From Trueperaceae bacterium (lineage in GTDB: Bacteria; Deinococcota; Deinococci; Deinococcales; Trueperaceae), in the NCBI GenBank assembly GCA_965213925.1, contig OZ243927.1:3488001-3552000 (forward strand): 64,000 nucleotides of DNA. Direction: 5' to 3'. Position 1 is the first letter of the stretch, and each line of letters opens with the position of its first letter. Both the position numbers and the translations under genes were made by a program. The notes beneath the pieces are model-generated. The model was not told where the DNA came from, searched no databases, and saw only the letters and a list, made by a program, of their open reading frames with translations. Shown one piece after another: positions 22,595-34,037 of this stretch.

Positions 22595-23428
22595 TCAAGG
22601 TAAGCGGCTGACCTGCAAGACAGCTTGTGCGCCCGTGACCGTCAGTAGCCCCTGCCAGCGCCCGCTTTCAGCCTCGAGGGTGACCTCTGCTTGCCTGGCG
22701 GCCGTTAGCGGTACGGGGTTGCCCTCTTCGTCGGTAAGGGCAACTTCCGGCTCGACCTCTTCAGTTTGTTCCTTTTCAGCGACGCGCCAGCCCTGCGCTT
22801 TAAGCTGCTCAGCAAAGTGACCGAAAAGCTCTGCCGCGCTCAGCCTCGTACCGAAACTGGCGTTCGCCTGGAAAGAGGTACCGCTCTGGCTCAACCCGCC
22901 GCCGTAGGAAAGGACGCCTGCAGGAAAGGTCAGGCTCGGCAGCGGCAGAGAGATACCTTCAGCGTCATTACAGTAAGGATTGACATTGACGAGGACGAGC
23001 AGCGCGCCTTCGGCGAGCGTGTCCGTTTCAAAATAAACTTCAGACGACCTATCCGGGCTACAGAAGTCGGTGAGCGGCTCGCGCTCGTTCCCCGAAGCTT
23101 GAAAAACTTTTGGACCGGCGAAGGGGTCATACCCCCGCCACCCTGCGGCGAGAAAGGCGTCTTCGAACCTTTGTAGACTCGCTTCCCGATTTCCCTGAAC
23201 TTCCAGCGCGGCTACTGCGCGGTCTTCGCCGATGGTGGCGCTGCCGAGCACTCGAGCCTCAGCGGGAAGCGGCAAGTTCAGACTGTCCGGCAGTTGCTCA
23301 GGTAAAAAGGTGACCGCTTCGCCCTCGCCAAGTAGGAGTTCGGCGAGGCGTTCTACGCTCACCGGCGTCTCTTGAGCGAACACCCAAGCGAGCGAACAGA
23401 GTAAAGTGAAAAGCAAGCGGCGCTTCAT
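22595..23428 (-). CDS. Hypothetical secreted protein
   Basis: GGAGG SD and MKRRLLFTLLCSLAWVFA signal peptide. Internal repeated pattern (F...L...GW). Confidence 0.7.
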   Translation of the reverse strand: MKRRLLFTLLCSLAWVFAQETPVSVERLAELLLGEGEAVTFLPEQLPDSLNLPLPAEARVLGSATIGEDRAVAALEVQGNREASLQRFEDAFLAAGWRGYDPFAGPKVFQASGNEREPLTDFCSPDRSSEVYFETDTLAEGALLVLVNVNPYCNDAEGISLPLPSLTFPAGVLSYGGGLSQSGTSFQANASFGTRLSAAELFGHFAEQLKAQGWRVAEKEQTEEVEPEVALTDEEGNPVPLTAARQAEVTLEAESGRWQGLLTVTGAQAVLQVSRLP

Positions 23429-23496
23429 ACGTCCTCCGAGTTTTTGGCGCTGGAATGAGTGAGGATTTGCAGAAAGACGCTGCTGTCTACAACCAC
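23425..23496 (-). pseudogene. Truncated VapC (PIN) toxin N-terminus
   Basis: GAGGT SD, then GTG-VVDSSVFLQIL...stop, directly after the vapB-like gene. Confidence 0.6.
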
Positions 23497-23509
23497 TTAA
23501 CCTCACTCA

Positions 23510-23737
23510 TCAAAAACCGAGCAGTTCTTCTTGTTCTTCTTCAGAGGGAGCGTGACCATGTTCGGCTTCGCTCAGGTTCGGCCAGACGACTGCTTGTAAC
23601 CACTCGAGCGTGCGCACGCTTCTAGCTTCTGCCTTTAACGCTTGCAAACGCGCCTCGACTTTGGTTTCGCCCGTCTGCTTGGTGGTGTCCTCGAGGAGCG
23701 CAGCTAGGTGGTCACTCTTTAGATTGACCTGCTTCAC
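23510..23737 (-). CDS. VapB-like antitoxin (Rv0623-type)
   Basis: VNLKS...TGETKVEA..AL and C-terminal EEQEELLGF pattern. Confidence 0.7.
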   Translation of the reverse strand: MKQVNLKSDHLAALLEDTTKQTGETKVEARLQALKAEARSVRTLEWLQAVVWPNLSEAEHGHAPSEEEQEELLGF

Positions 23738-23805
23738 GGCAACATAGTAGCAGATTTTCTACCATGCGCATTGGTAGTGAGCGTTCTGTAAAGTAAGATA
23801 AAAGC

Positions 23806-24012
23806 ATGAAGAGTCTAATCACCATCGTTGAAGCGTTGCCGCCGGAATTGCAGACGAGGGTATATGAGTATGCGCTGTCACTTCAAAAGATATCTCTGCC
23901 CCAGGATCAACCGCTTATTCTCGATATGCATAAAGGCGCACTGAAGACCGCGGAAGATTTTGACGAACCTTTGCCCGACTCTTTCTGGCTTGGCGAAGCA
24001 TTTCAACTTTGA
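23806..24012 (+). CDS. DUF2281-like putative antitoxin
   Basis: LPPELQ..V.EY and C-terminal EDFDEPLPDSFW motif. Confidence 0.7.
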   Translation: MKSLITIVEALPPELQTRVYEYALSLQKISLPQDQPLILDMHKGALKTAEDFDEPLPDSFWLGEAFQL

Positions 24013-24158
24013 TCAAAAGCGGTTTTGTACGAGTACTTAGAATTTGTAGCTCAATACAGAGCCTGTTTGTAAAAAACTTCACATCTATGTATTAATTTGT
24101 GTCTTTACAGTTGTTACCGGTTCTCTAATTTGCAACTTAGCTGATATGTTTATATGTA

Positions 24159-25391
24159 ATGAGTGCACAAGATTTATTCGGACTTGCCAGAGAACAAAAG
24201 TTGCTCGCTGCAGGAGTAAGAAAAGTTTTTACACCTCACGAGCCCATACGGAGTCAAAGTCTGTTCTTTGGTAGACAACGTGAAGTTCAAAGTCTTATTG
24301 AGCAATTGAATACTCCTGGACAACATGCTCTTCTCTTTGGAGATAGAGGTGTAGGTAAAAGTTCCCTTGCCAATGTAGCTGCGGACCTAATTTTAGGAGC
24401 CCTGAGCGGCAAAGTGATCAAAAAAAGATGCGATAGCACTGACTCTTTCAAGTCAGTTGTTCAAAAGGCATTACATGAAGTAGGGGTAAATATCTATACC
24501 GCGAATACTGAAACTGCGAAAAGAGAAGGAGGTAGTGCGGGACTCAATCTTGGAATTGCGAGAGAAAACCTAAATGCCGAAACGACTCAAAGAGTTTCTG
24601 AAGTGGGACTAGAAGCGAGAGCCGGTTCTCCCAGTTGGGTTGCATCTCAGATCAAGGGCATTGAAGGATTGTTCTTAATAGATGAGGTCGACGTTCTTAG
24701 AAGTAGAGAAGATAAATACAAAATTGCCGAGTTAGTTAAACAACTAAGCGATGAAGGTTCCTCCCTCAAGTTACTTTTGGTCGGCATAGCTGAAACTGCA
24801 GTTGAGTTGACTGCAGGACATAATTCTGTACAAAGATGTTTGAAAGAAACTAAATTAGGTCGGATGCGTAAAGAAGAGCTTGAGGCGATTATTGAAGGCG
24901 GACAAAGACAAGTAGACCTTCAATTTAGCCGAAACGCGATTTCAAAAATTACGGCAGTCAGTTCTGGCTATCCACATTTCACTCATCTACTAGCTCTCAA
25001 AGCAGCGGAAGATGCTATTGCAGAAGATAGATCATATATACATGCTTCCCATGTTGTAGATGCAACAAATAGAGCTGTTGATGATGCAGAAGGTACGCTG
25101 AAAAGCGCATATCAGAACGCAATCAGGTCAAGCTCAGACGAATATAGGAAAATACTTTTAGCTGCTGCACAACATACCGATGAGGAAATAACTGCAACAG
25201 GACTACGTGAAAAATATTCAGTAATTTGGAAAGAAAACATTTCGCAGAATGCCCTTAATAACTACTTCCAGAGACTTGTTTCAAACGACGAAAGCGCTAT
25301 TTTGAGAAGATTAGCACAGGGCGTATACAAATTTACCGATCCAAGAATGCCTAGTTTCATTCGAATAGCAAACCTACCAGAAACTGAATAA
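24159..25391 (+). CDS. AAA/STAND-like P-loop ATPase with C-terminal winged helix (AT-rich, probably horizontally acquired)
   Basis: FFGRQRE, GDRGVGKSS Walker A, FLIDEVD Walker B and GYP motif. Visibly lower GC than its neighbours. Confidence 0.85.
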   Translation: MSAQDLFGLAREQKLLAAGVRKVFTPHEPIRSQSLFFGRQREVQSLIEQLNTPGQHALLFGDRGVGKSSLANVAADLILGALSGKVIKKRCDSTDSFKSVVQKALHEVGVNIYTANTETAKREGGSAGLNLGIARENLNAETTQRVSEVGLEARAGSPSWVASQIKGIEGLFLIDEVDVLRSREDKYKIAELVKQLSDEGSSLKLLLVGIAETAVELTAGHNSVQRCLKETKLGRMRKEELEAIIEGGQRQVDLQFSRNAISKITAVSSGYPHFTHLLALKAAEDAIAEDRSYIHASHVVDATNRAVDDAEGTLKSAYQNAIRSSSDEYRKILLAAAQHTDEEITATGLREKYSVIWKENISQNALNNYFQRLVSNDESAILRRLAQGVYKFTDPRMPSFIRIANLPETE

Positions 25392-25502
25392 GTCTTTAGT
25401 GAGCAGACACAATCTAAACTCCATCAACTCCCAAAACTTCACCCCACCTCCCTTTCCAACCTCCTCCCAAAACGCTATGCTCAACCAAAAGGGAGGATAA
25501 CC

Positions 25503-27152
25503 ATGAACCCAACCGACTATGCAGGTAAACGCGCCCCAGCCGAACTCCTCACCAACATCCCCCGCCTCGTCTCCGCCTACTATACCCGCCACCCCGACCC
25601 GAGCAGCGACGGCGAGCGAATCTCCTTCGGCACTTCGGGGCACCGGGGCACGTCTTTGGAGAACTCGTTTAATGAGGAGCACATCTTGGCGGTCTGCCAG
25701 GCGCTCTGCGAGCACCGGCAGGCGCAGGGCATCACGGGACCTCTTTATGTCGGCATGGACACGCACGCACTCTCCGAGGCGGCGCTCTCGACGGCGCTGG
25801 AGGTCTTCGCCGCGAACAAGGTGGAGACGATGATTCAAGCCGGGCTCGGCTACACGCCCACGCCGGCTATCTCCCACGCGATTTTGACCTATAACAAGGA
25901 CCGAACGGACGGTCTCGCGGACGGCGTCGTGATCACGCCTTCGCACAACCCGCCAACGGACGGCGGCTTCAAGTACAACCCGCCCTCGGGCGGACCTGCG
26001 GGAACGGACATCACTAGCAGCATCGAGTCACGGGCGAACGGCATTTTGCAAGGCGGTCTGAAAGAGGGCTTGCGCGTCCCGTACCAGAAGGCGCTGCGGG
26101 CAGAGACGACGCACGAGTACGACTACATCACGCCTTATGTGAACGACCTAGAGAACGTCGTGGATATGCAAGCGATTAGAGACGCCGGGCTCAAGATCGG
26201 CGTAGACCCGATGGGCGGAGCGGGCGTCGCGTACTGGGAGCCCATCGCGGAGCGCTACGGGCTTGACTTAGAGGTCGTCAACCGGCACGTTGACCCGACC
26301 TTTTCCTTTATGACGGTGGACAAAGACGGCAAAATTCGCATGGACTGCTCCTCGCCTTACGCGATGGCAAGTTTAATTGACCTCAAGGACAAATTCGATA
26401 TTGCGTTTGGGAATGACCCCGACTTCGATAGGCACGGCATCGTCACTCGCGCGGGGCTGATGAATCCGAATCACTTCTTAGCGGTTTCAGTGTGGTACCT
26501 CTTTCAGAACCGACCGGAGTGGCAAGAGGACGCGGCAGTGGGCAAGACGCTGGTCTCGAGTTCGATGATCGACCGCGTCGCGTCGCACTTAGGGCGTCCG
26601 CTAGCGGAGGTTCCGGTCGGCTTCAAGTGGTTTGTGGACGGTTTAGTCGATGGCTCTTACGGTTTCGGCGGCGAAGAGAGCGCGGGCGCGTCCTTCTTGC
26701 GCAAGGACGGGACGGTCTGGACGACGGACAAAGACGGCATCATCATGGACCTCTTGGCGGCGGAAATCACCGCGAAAACAGGGCGGGACCCGGCGGAGCA
26801 CTACGAAGACTTAAAAGAGCAGTTCGGCTCACCTGTCTATGAGCGCATCGACGCGCCCGCTACGGACGAGCAAAAGGCGGTTCTCAAGGACCTCTCGCCC
26901 GAACAGATCGAGGCGAACGAGCTTGCGGGCGAAGAGATTACAGACAAGCTCACCAAAGCGCCGGGGAACGGCGCGGCGATTGGCGGGCTCAAAGTAGTCA
27001 CAGAGAACGGCTGGTTCGCGGCGCGCCCTTCGGGGACGGAGGATATCTATAAGATTTATGCGGAGAGCTTTAAGGGCGAAGACCATCTCAAGAAGCTGCA
27101 AGACGAGGCGCAGGACATCGTCAAAGCGGCGTTTCAAGCGGCGGGCGTGTAA
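25503..27152 (+). CDS. pgm: Phosphoglucomutase
   Basis: [24 protein letters not shown] and RPSGTE motifs. Confidence 0.97.
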   Translation: MNPTDYAGKRAPAELLTNIPRLVSAYYTRHPDPSSDGERISFGTSGHRGTSLENSFNEEHILAVCQALCEHRQAQGITGPLYVGMDTHALSEAALSTALEVFAANKVETMIQAGLGYTPTPAISHAILTYNKDRTDGLADGVVITPSHNPPTDGGFKYNPPSGGPAGTDITSSIESRANGILQGGLKEGLRVPYQKALRAETTHEYDYITPYVNDLENVVDMQAIRDAGLKIGVDPMGGAGVAYWEPIAERYGLDLEVVNRHVDPTFSFMTVDKDGKIRMDCSSPYAMASLIDLKDKFDIAFGNDPDFDRHGIVTRAGLMNPNHFLAVSVWYLFQNRPEWQEDAAVGKTLVSSSMIDRVASHLGRPLAEVPVGFKWFVDGLVDGSYGFGGEESAGASFLRKDGTVWTTDKDGIIMDLLAAEITAKTGRDPAEHYEDLKEQFGSPVYERIDAPATDEQKAVLKDLSPEQIEANELAGEEITDKLTKAPGNGAAIGGLKVVTENGWFAARPSGTEDIYKIYAESFKGEDHLKKLQDEAQDIVKAAFQAAGV

Positions 27153-27292
27153 AGACTCGGTACGTTAGGAACAAGAGAGAAAAGACATACGATATTATGC
27201 GAACTCGAGACACCATAAAGCCTCCCTCGCTGAGCCTAGTGAACCGATGTCAGCAGACGTTCACGTGCCTCTAAGCACGTTAAGTTAGAGGG

Positions 27293-28447
27293 GTGTCTCT
27301 CCCTACAATTGCGCTGAATGCGAAGCTCGAGCCCGCCCTCTTGTCCGGTCACCCCTGGGTCTACCGCAACCACCTCCCTAGGCATTCTCTCGCTACGGGA
27401 GACTGGGTGCGCGTGGAGGCAGGTAACGCACACGCCATTGGGCTCTACGACGACGAAAGCGCCATCGCGTTACGGCTCTTTAGCGGTGCGCAGGTGCCGG
27501 ATAGAGCGTTTGTCGAGGCGAGGGTCGAAGATGCGCTCGCCTTACGCGGGGCGTTCATCGACCAAGAGGTCACGAACGCTTGCCGCCTCCTCTTCGGCGA
27601 AGGGGACTTTTTGCCAGGCGTCACAGTTGACCTCTACGAGCGCTACGCGGTGCTGCAAACTTACGCAAAGAGCGTAGAGGTCATCGTGCCGGATGTCGTC
27701 AAAGCGCTCAGCAAGCACCTCAAGTTGAGAGGTATCGTTCAGAAAACGCCGCACGGCTTAGACGTACTTTATGGCAGACTCCCGCCACCCGAGCTGACCG
27801 TCAAAGAGAACGGTTTAGACCTCATCGCCAACCTTTTCGAAGGGCAGAAGACCGGACTTTTTTTAGACCACCGCGACAATAGGTCCGCCTTGGAGCACGT
27901 CTGCAAAGATAGGAGTGTCCTCAACCTCTTCTCGTACACGGGCGCGTTTTCGCTCTACGCGGCGCGGGGCGGCGCGGCGCAGGTAACGAGTGTGGACGTG
28001 GCGGACGCGGCAAACAAGGACGCGGCGCGCAACTTCGCGATGAACGGTTTCGATCCTGATCAGCACGACTTCGTGACGGCGGATTGCTTCGAGTTGCTCG
28101 AGACCTACGCTAAAGAGAAGCGCCGGTTCGACGTAGTTGTACTGGACCCGCCCTCGCTAGCCCGCAACAAAAAGAGCAAGTTCGCCGCCCTTCGCGCCTA
28201 TAAAAAGCTCAACACTTCCGCGCTCAGATGCGTGAAACCGGGGGGGCTTCTGGCGAGCGCGAGCTGCACCTCGCAGGTGTCGCCGGAGGATTTCAAAGGG
28301 GTCTTGGGGGACGCCGCTGGTGACGCAAATATCCGGTTGCAAATCGTCCACGAAGCCGGGCACGCGCCCGACCATCCCGTTCCCGCGACCTTCCCCGAGG
28401 GGCGCTACCTCAAGTTTGTGATGGGGCGCTCCCTACGGGCGGCGTGA
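27293..28447 (+). CDS. Class I SAM-dependent rRNA methyltransferase (RlmI-like)
   Basis: GHPWVY, GQKTGLFLDHR, LNLFSYTG, LDPP and PEGRYLK motifs. Confidence 0.9.
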   Translation: MSLPTIALNAKLEPALLSGHPWVYRNHLPRHSLATGDWVRVEAGNAHAIGLYDDESAIALRLFSGAQVPDRAFVEARVEDALALRGAFIDQEVTNACRLLFGEGDFLPGVTVDLYERYAVLQTYAKSVEVIVPDVVKALSKHLKLRGIVQKTPHGLDVLYGRLPPPELTVKENGLDLIANLFEGQKTGLFLDHRDNRSALEHVCKDRSVLNLFSYTGAFSLYAARGGAAQVTSVDVADAANKDAARNFAMNGFDPDQHDFVTADCFELLETYAKEKRRFDVVVLDPPSLARNKKSKFAALRAYKKLNTSALRCVKPGGLLASASCTSQVSPEDFKGVLGDAAGDANIRLQIVHEAGHAPDHPVPATFPEGRYLKFVMGRSLRAA

Positions 28448-29321
28448 CCTTTTGGTCAAACCTGGTCATCTGGCGCTCTAGCCACTCGAGCGTGTCCTCC
28501 AAGGGTCCCTTCTCCGGCTCGTTGAAAAGCTCGTGATAAAAGCCGGGATAGAGCTTTAGGGTTTTATCCTCCGAGAGCGCCGTGTCGTAGAGCATTTGGC
28601 TGCCCACAGCGTCGGCGATTTGGTCCGCGTCACCGTGCATAATGAGTAAAGGCAGGTAGTTGATGTGCTCAGCTCTAGCGAGTACGTAGGGTCCAGCGTT
28701 CAGAAGCTCCGCGCCCATACGCGCCTTCACCTTACCGTGGTAGACGAGCGGGTCACTTTCGTATGCCTGCACGACGCCCTCGTCACGCGACAGCGCCGAC
28801 GTGTCCAGCTCCTGCACGGGCAGGCTAGGACAGTACCGGCTCACGAGGCGCGACGCTCTAAGGAGCAGCGGATGGATTTCAGCGGCGTTTTGGATATACG
28901 CCGCGCTCAAGATGAGCCCGTCCACCTTTTCGGGATGTTCTAGGGCGAGCTGGAGCGCCACCATCCCGCCCATGCTGTGCCCTAGAAGAAAGCGGGGCAC
29001 ATTAGGGTGTGTTTGACGCACGTGCTCGGTGAAGTGCCCTAAATCCATGACAAACTCGCGGAAGACGGCGACGTTAGCGCGCTCCCCTTCACTCTTGCCG
29101 TGACCTCTATGATCATAGGCGTAGACAGCGTAGCCGTTTTCCGTAAGCCGCTCAGCGACGCGCGCGTAGCGCGAGGAATGCTCGGCGTAACCGTGCGCGA
29201 GCACGACGCACGCACGCACGTCAGCGTCGGCTGGATGCGCCGCCTCGGTGGAGGGCAGCCAATGTTGGGTGTAGAGCGTCAGCCCGTCGCTCGTCCTGAA
29301 CGAGCCCGTGGTGTGCTGCAT
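28410..29321 (-). CDS. Lysophospholipase/monoacylglycerol lipase-like hydrolase
   Basis: HGYAEH, DHRGHGKS, GHSMGG and HELFNE motifs. GGAGG SD before MQHTT. Confidence 0.9.
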   Translation of the reverse strand: MQHTTGSFRTSDGLTLYTQHWLPSTEAAHPADADVRACVVLAHGYAEHSSRYARVAERLTENGYAVYAYDHRGHGKSEGERANVAVFREFVMDLGHFTEHVRQTHPNVPRFLLGHSMGGMVALQLALEHPEKVDGLILSAAYIQNAAEIHPLLLRASRLVSRYCPSLPVQELDTSALSRDEGVVQAYESDPLVYHGKVKARMGAELLNAGPYVLARAEHINYLPLLIMHGDADQIADAVGSQMLYDTALSEDKTLKLYPGFYHELFNEPEKGPLEDTLEWLERQMTRFDQKVTPPVGSAPSQT

Positions 29322-29693
29322 AAGCCCTCCTTGTTGTTGCAGGTAGCATCTTTGCTGCAGGTAGCATCTGGTTAGAAGCGCGCTCGCTGGGTAGAACATG
29401 GCTGAGCCCGAACGTTTATAGATGAGACCTACGGCGCTTTCGTCTCACTGCACTGCGGGTAAACTAGACCTTTGCACATTCAGTTTACCGCACATGAGTA
29501 GGTGATGGGTGAACTCGAGGAGCGTTCTCGGTAAGGAGATATGAAGCCACTTTAGGTCTTGCCGACCGATTATAGACCGTAAAAACGAGCCCAAACGCAT
29601 TCGCACCACGTATATGAACTCTTAATGATGTCGCTTCCAGGACAGATGTACTAAGCTAGAGTCATTCAACGTATCTTATTTAAGGAGGTCTTT

Positions 29694-31148
29694 ATCAAAC
29701 ACATCGTCTTTCTTCTCGGTCTCATGCTCCTGCTCAGCGCCTGCGATGCGGGCGTGGGCGGCGGTTCACCTTCGCCCGGCGCACCAGGCGACGTCGGCGC
29801 GACCCCCGGCGGCGTGCAGGACATGGGCTTCGCCCGCGAACTCGTCGCCAACGGTCAGGTCCCGCCTCCCGAAGCGCTCGTGGTCGAGGGGATGTTCTCC
29901 GAGCACGACTTGCCTTTAGAGGGCGCGGCGTGCGAGCGGCTCCTCTGCTTGCGCGGCGCGTTGGGCTCCGCCCCGACGTTAGCGGGTGACGCTTCGGGCT
30001 GGTTGCAGGTAGGGCTCTCGTCGAACCTCAACCTGGAGACCTACACCCGCCCGCCCCTCAGCCTAGTCTTTACCGTGGACGTGTCCGGCTCGATGAACTG
30101 GGAATATAGCACGGCGTATAACGAATACCAGACGCCGCTTAAAGTTGCCAAAGCGCAGATGGGAAAGCTCGTGCCGAACTTGAACGCTGAGGATGAAGTC
30201 GCTATCGTCATCTACGGCAGTGAGTCCCGCACCGTGCTGGACTTCACCGCTGGCACCGAGCAAGAGGTCATTTTAGACGCGATCAACGCCTTGGAGAGCG
30301 AAGGCTCAACGAACATGGAGGCGGGGCTTATTACCGCGTACCGCTTGATGCAGGAGGCGAAGGCGGAGAACAGTCAGCGCATAATGGTCTTCACCGACGT
30401 ACAACCGAACGTCGGCGCGACCACCGCCACTGAGTTCGAGACGCTGGTACAGGAGGGAGCCTCCGCGGATGTCGGGCTCACCGTCTTCGGCGTCGGCATC
30501 GGCTTAGGACCGGACGTCATGACGGCGATGAGCAATGTGCGCGGCGGCAACGCCTTTACGCTCTTCGGCAGCCGCGACGTGAACAGGACCTTAGAGGAGG
30601 ACTGGCCCTGGTTGGCGAACCCTATCGCGTATGACCTCACCCTAGAGGTCAACCCCGATGACGCCTTCGAGGTCGCCGAAGGCTACGGCTTCCCCACCGC
30701 CGACAAAGAGGCGAAACTCCAAACGAGCACGGTCTTTCTCTCGAAACGTAAAGGCGCGCTCTTAGTGCGTTTGGAACCTACGGACGAGATGACGGATTTG
30801 GCGGTCTCGGGCTCGCTCAGCTACGAGACGCTGGAGGGTGAAGAGGTCACGGACACGCTCCAAGCCGCGCTGAACGACTCGGATGATTTTACCTTCGCGC
30901 AGCCGAGCGTCGGTAAGACCGTCGCGCTCGCGCTACTGGTCGCAAACGTGAAGGACGCCGCCGAGCTTTACGCTACCGAGCAAGCGTCCGCTGTGACCCT
31001 TATGCGAGCCGCCACCGAACGCTTTAAGGCGGACATAGAGCGCTTGGGGGCGGACGCAGGCACGCTGCAAGACGAAGTGGAGTTTGCAGAGGCGCTACTC
31101 GCCCTGATGGAAGAGGGCGCGGAGCAGGGCACGCTTTACGGTCAGTAA
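29694..31148 (+). CDS. VWA-domain lipoprotein (probable ATC start)
   Basis: Lipobox LSAC, MIDAS DVSGS, STN and FTD motifs. AAGGAGG lies 5 nt before an in-frame ATC at 29694. Confidence 0.85.
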   Translation: MKHIVFLLGLMLLLSACDAGVGGGSPSPGAPGDVGATPGGVQDMGFARELVANGQVPPPEALVVEGMFSEHDLPLEGAACERLLCLRGALGSAPTLAGDASGWLQVGLSSNLNLETYTRPPLSLVFTVDVSGSMNWEYSTAYNEYQTPLKVAKAQMGKLVPNLNAEDEVAIVIYGSESRTVLDFTAGTEQEVILDAINALESEGSTNMEAGLITAYRLMQEAKAENSQRIMVFTDVQPNVGATTATEFETLVQEGASADVGLTVFGVGIGLGPDVMTAMSNVRGGNAFTLFGSRDVNRTLEEDWPWLANPIAYDLTLEVNPDDAFEVAEGYGFPTADKEAKLQTSTVFLSKRKGALLVRLEPTDEMTDLAVSGSLSYETLEGEEVTDTLQAALNDSDDFTFAQPSVGKTVALALLVANVKDAAELYATEQASAVTLMRAATERFKADIERLGADAGTLQDEVEFAEALLALMEEGAEQGTLYGQ

Positions 31149-31199
31149 AAGTTGAACAGTCGAAGCGCCGATGCACCTCTCGTTTCCCAGCATCCTTCT

Positions 31200-31242
31200 A
31201 AAAAGAGCCTCGAGCACGAAACGTCGTGCTCGAGGCTCTTTT
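31200..31242. terminator. Bidirectional intrinsic terminator
   Basis: AAAAGAGCCTCGAGCACGA...TCGTGCTCGAGGCTCTTTT. Confidence 0.85.
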
Positions 31243-31410
31243 ACAGGTTCTATCAGCAATTCCGCGGTACACTGAGACGCTCAAGAGCAGACACCATCCT
31301 ATAAAGTGCGTATCATTGATGAAGTTTTTGCCAGGCGAATCGGTGTTTTGTCAAGTAATTTCTGGCTAGATGATATCTGATGTATCATCAAGACTGACGC
31401 TCTCTCAGGC

Positions 31411-32592
31411 TTACGTCGTCAGCGCGGCGACGCCGGGTAGCGTCTGTCCCTCTAAAAACTCCAGCGACGCGCCGCCCCCTGTCGAGATATGGCTGATCTG
31501 GTCCGCCAACCCCAAAGCGTTGAGCGCCGCCACCGAGTCACCCCCGCCCACGATGGAGTACGCGCCCGAAGACGCGACGCTCTGCGCGATCTCTTTCGTG
31601 CCGCGCTCGAAAGGTGGCGTCTCGAAGACGCCCAAAGGTCCGTTCCAGAAGATGGTCTTCGCGTCCTCTAACACCTCTTGATACGTCGAAACTGCCTCCG
31701 GTCCCGCGTCTAGCCCCATATACCCGTCAGGTATCTCGTCCGACGGGTAGACCTCGGTCTGGACGCCCTCTTCGATCTCCTGTGCGCAGCGGGAGTCCTG
31801 CGGCAAGTGGATCGTCACGCCCTTTTGCTCGGCGCGTTCTAGCACGTCTTTGGCGGTATCTAACTTGTCCTCCTCCACGAGCGACTTGCCGACCTCGCCG
31901 CCTTGCGCTTTGAAGAACGTATACGCCATCGCCCCGCCGATGAGGATGTCGTCGGCTAAATCCAGGAGGTTTTCGATAACGCCGATTTTGTCCGAGACCT
32001 TCGCGCCGCCTAGAATGACCTTGAAGGGATTTTCGGGGTTGTCTAAGAGGTTGGATAAAACCTCGACCTCTTGCGCCAAGAGCAGCCCCGCCGCGCTCGG
32101 CAGGAGGTGCGCGACGCCTTCGGTGGAGGCGTGCGCGCGGTGGGCTGCGCCAAAGGCGTCGTTGACGTAGACCTCGCCGTATGCGGCGAGTTCGCCCGCG
32201 AAGTCGGCGTCGTTTTTGGTCTCGCGCGAGTCGAAGCGGAGGTTTTCCAGCAGCGTCACGCTGCCTTCAGGCGCGTCGTGGACGAACTGCGCGGTTTTGG
32301 AGGTCGCCGGTCCCTGGGCGGCTTCGTAGCGCACCTCTCGGCCGAGCAACTCCGAAAGTCGCGCGGCAACAGGTCCCAAGCGGTACTTGTCCTCTGCGCC
32401 TTTAGGCCGTCCCAAGTGGCTCATCAAAATAAGCGTGGCGTTTTGCTCGAGCAGTCTCTTTATCGTCGGCAGCGTCGCTTGGATGCGGCTATCGTCGGTC
32501 ACTTCGCCGTTTTTAAGCGGCACGTTGAAGTCCGCCCGCATCAACACGCGCTTGTCGCTTACGTCCAGGTCGTCTAACGTTCTAAGTGCCAT
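31411..32592 (-). CDS. pgk: Phosphoglycerate kinase
   Basis: RADFNVP, SHLGRP, NDAFG, GGAKV and STGGGASL motifs. Confidence 0.98.
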   Translation of the reverse strand: MALRTLDDLDVSDKRVLMRADFNVPLKNGEVTDDSRIQATLPTIKRLLEQNATLILMSHLGRPKGAEDKYRLGPVAARLSELLGREVRYEAAQGPATSKTAQFVHDAPEGSVTLLENLRFDSRETKNDADFAGELAAYGEVYVNDAFGAAHRAHASTEGVAHLLPSAAGLLLAQEVEVLSNLLDNPENPFKVILGGAKVSDKIGVIENLLDLADDILIGGAMAYTFFKAQGGEVGKSLVEEDKLDTAKDVLERAEQKGVTIHLPQDSRCAQEIEEGVQTEVYPSDEIPDGYMGLDAGPEAVSTYQEVLEDAKTIFWNGPLGVFETPPFERGTKEIAQSVASSGAYSIVGGGDSVAALNALGLADQISHISTGGGASLEFLEGQTLPGVAALTT

Positions 32593-32629
32593 GAAACTCC
32601 TTTATTCGTAAAGTATAGGTGAGCACAGT

Positions 32630-32778
32630 GTCAACGAAGTTTTGCACTACTGTTGTCACCCTGAGCGAATGCGTGAGGGTCTCGCCTTTCGTTCTCTGGC
32701 AGAGGAGTCAGCAAGGTCAGAGATTCTTTCACTCCACTTCGTTTCGTTCAGAATGACATCACTCATTTTCTACTTAAC
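32630..32778. mobile_element. MITE/REP-like element, copy 1
   Basis: Degenerate GTCAAC..AG terminal IRs and inner TGTCACCCTGAGCGAATGCG...TTCAGAATGACA. Homologous to the copies at 36671 and 57567. Confidence 0.75.
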
Positions 32779-32813
32779 AGAGTACTTAAACTCGTTTACC
32801 GTGAACCCACGCT

Positions 32814-32845
32814 AAAAAAGCGCCGCGCCCAACTGTGCGCGGCGG
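32814..32845 (-). terminator. Terminator-like hairpin after gap
   Basis: CGCCGCGC/GCGCGGCG stem with a U-tail on the minus strand. Confidence 0.6.
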
Positions 32846-32863
32846 CTCGGTCTAACCCACTCT

Positions 32864-33979
<1,116 letters not shown>

Positions 33980-34037
33980 CTAGGCAACGAAATAACCGAA
34001 GTGAACTCCTACAACCTGCAGCGGTGCGGGGCGAGCC

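Noticed and set aside
29333..29370. 18-bp tandem duplication TTG(T/C)TGCAGGTAGCATCT
   Set aside because: Only two units with no spacer, so it is not CRISPR. It is a simple local duplication upstream of the hydrolase SD.
29533..29555. SD + ATG mini-ORF MKPL*
   Set aside because: Four codons with no coupling to a neighbouring gene, so it cannot be supported.
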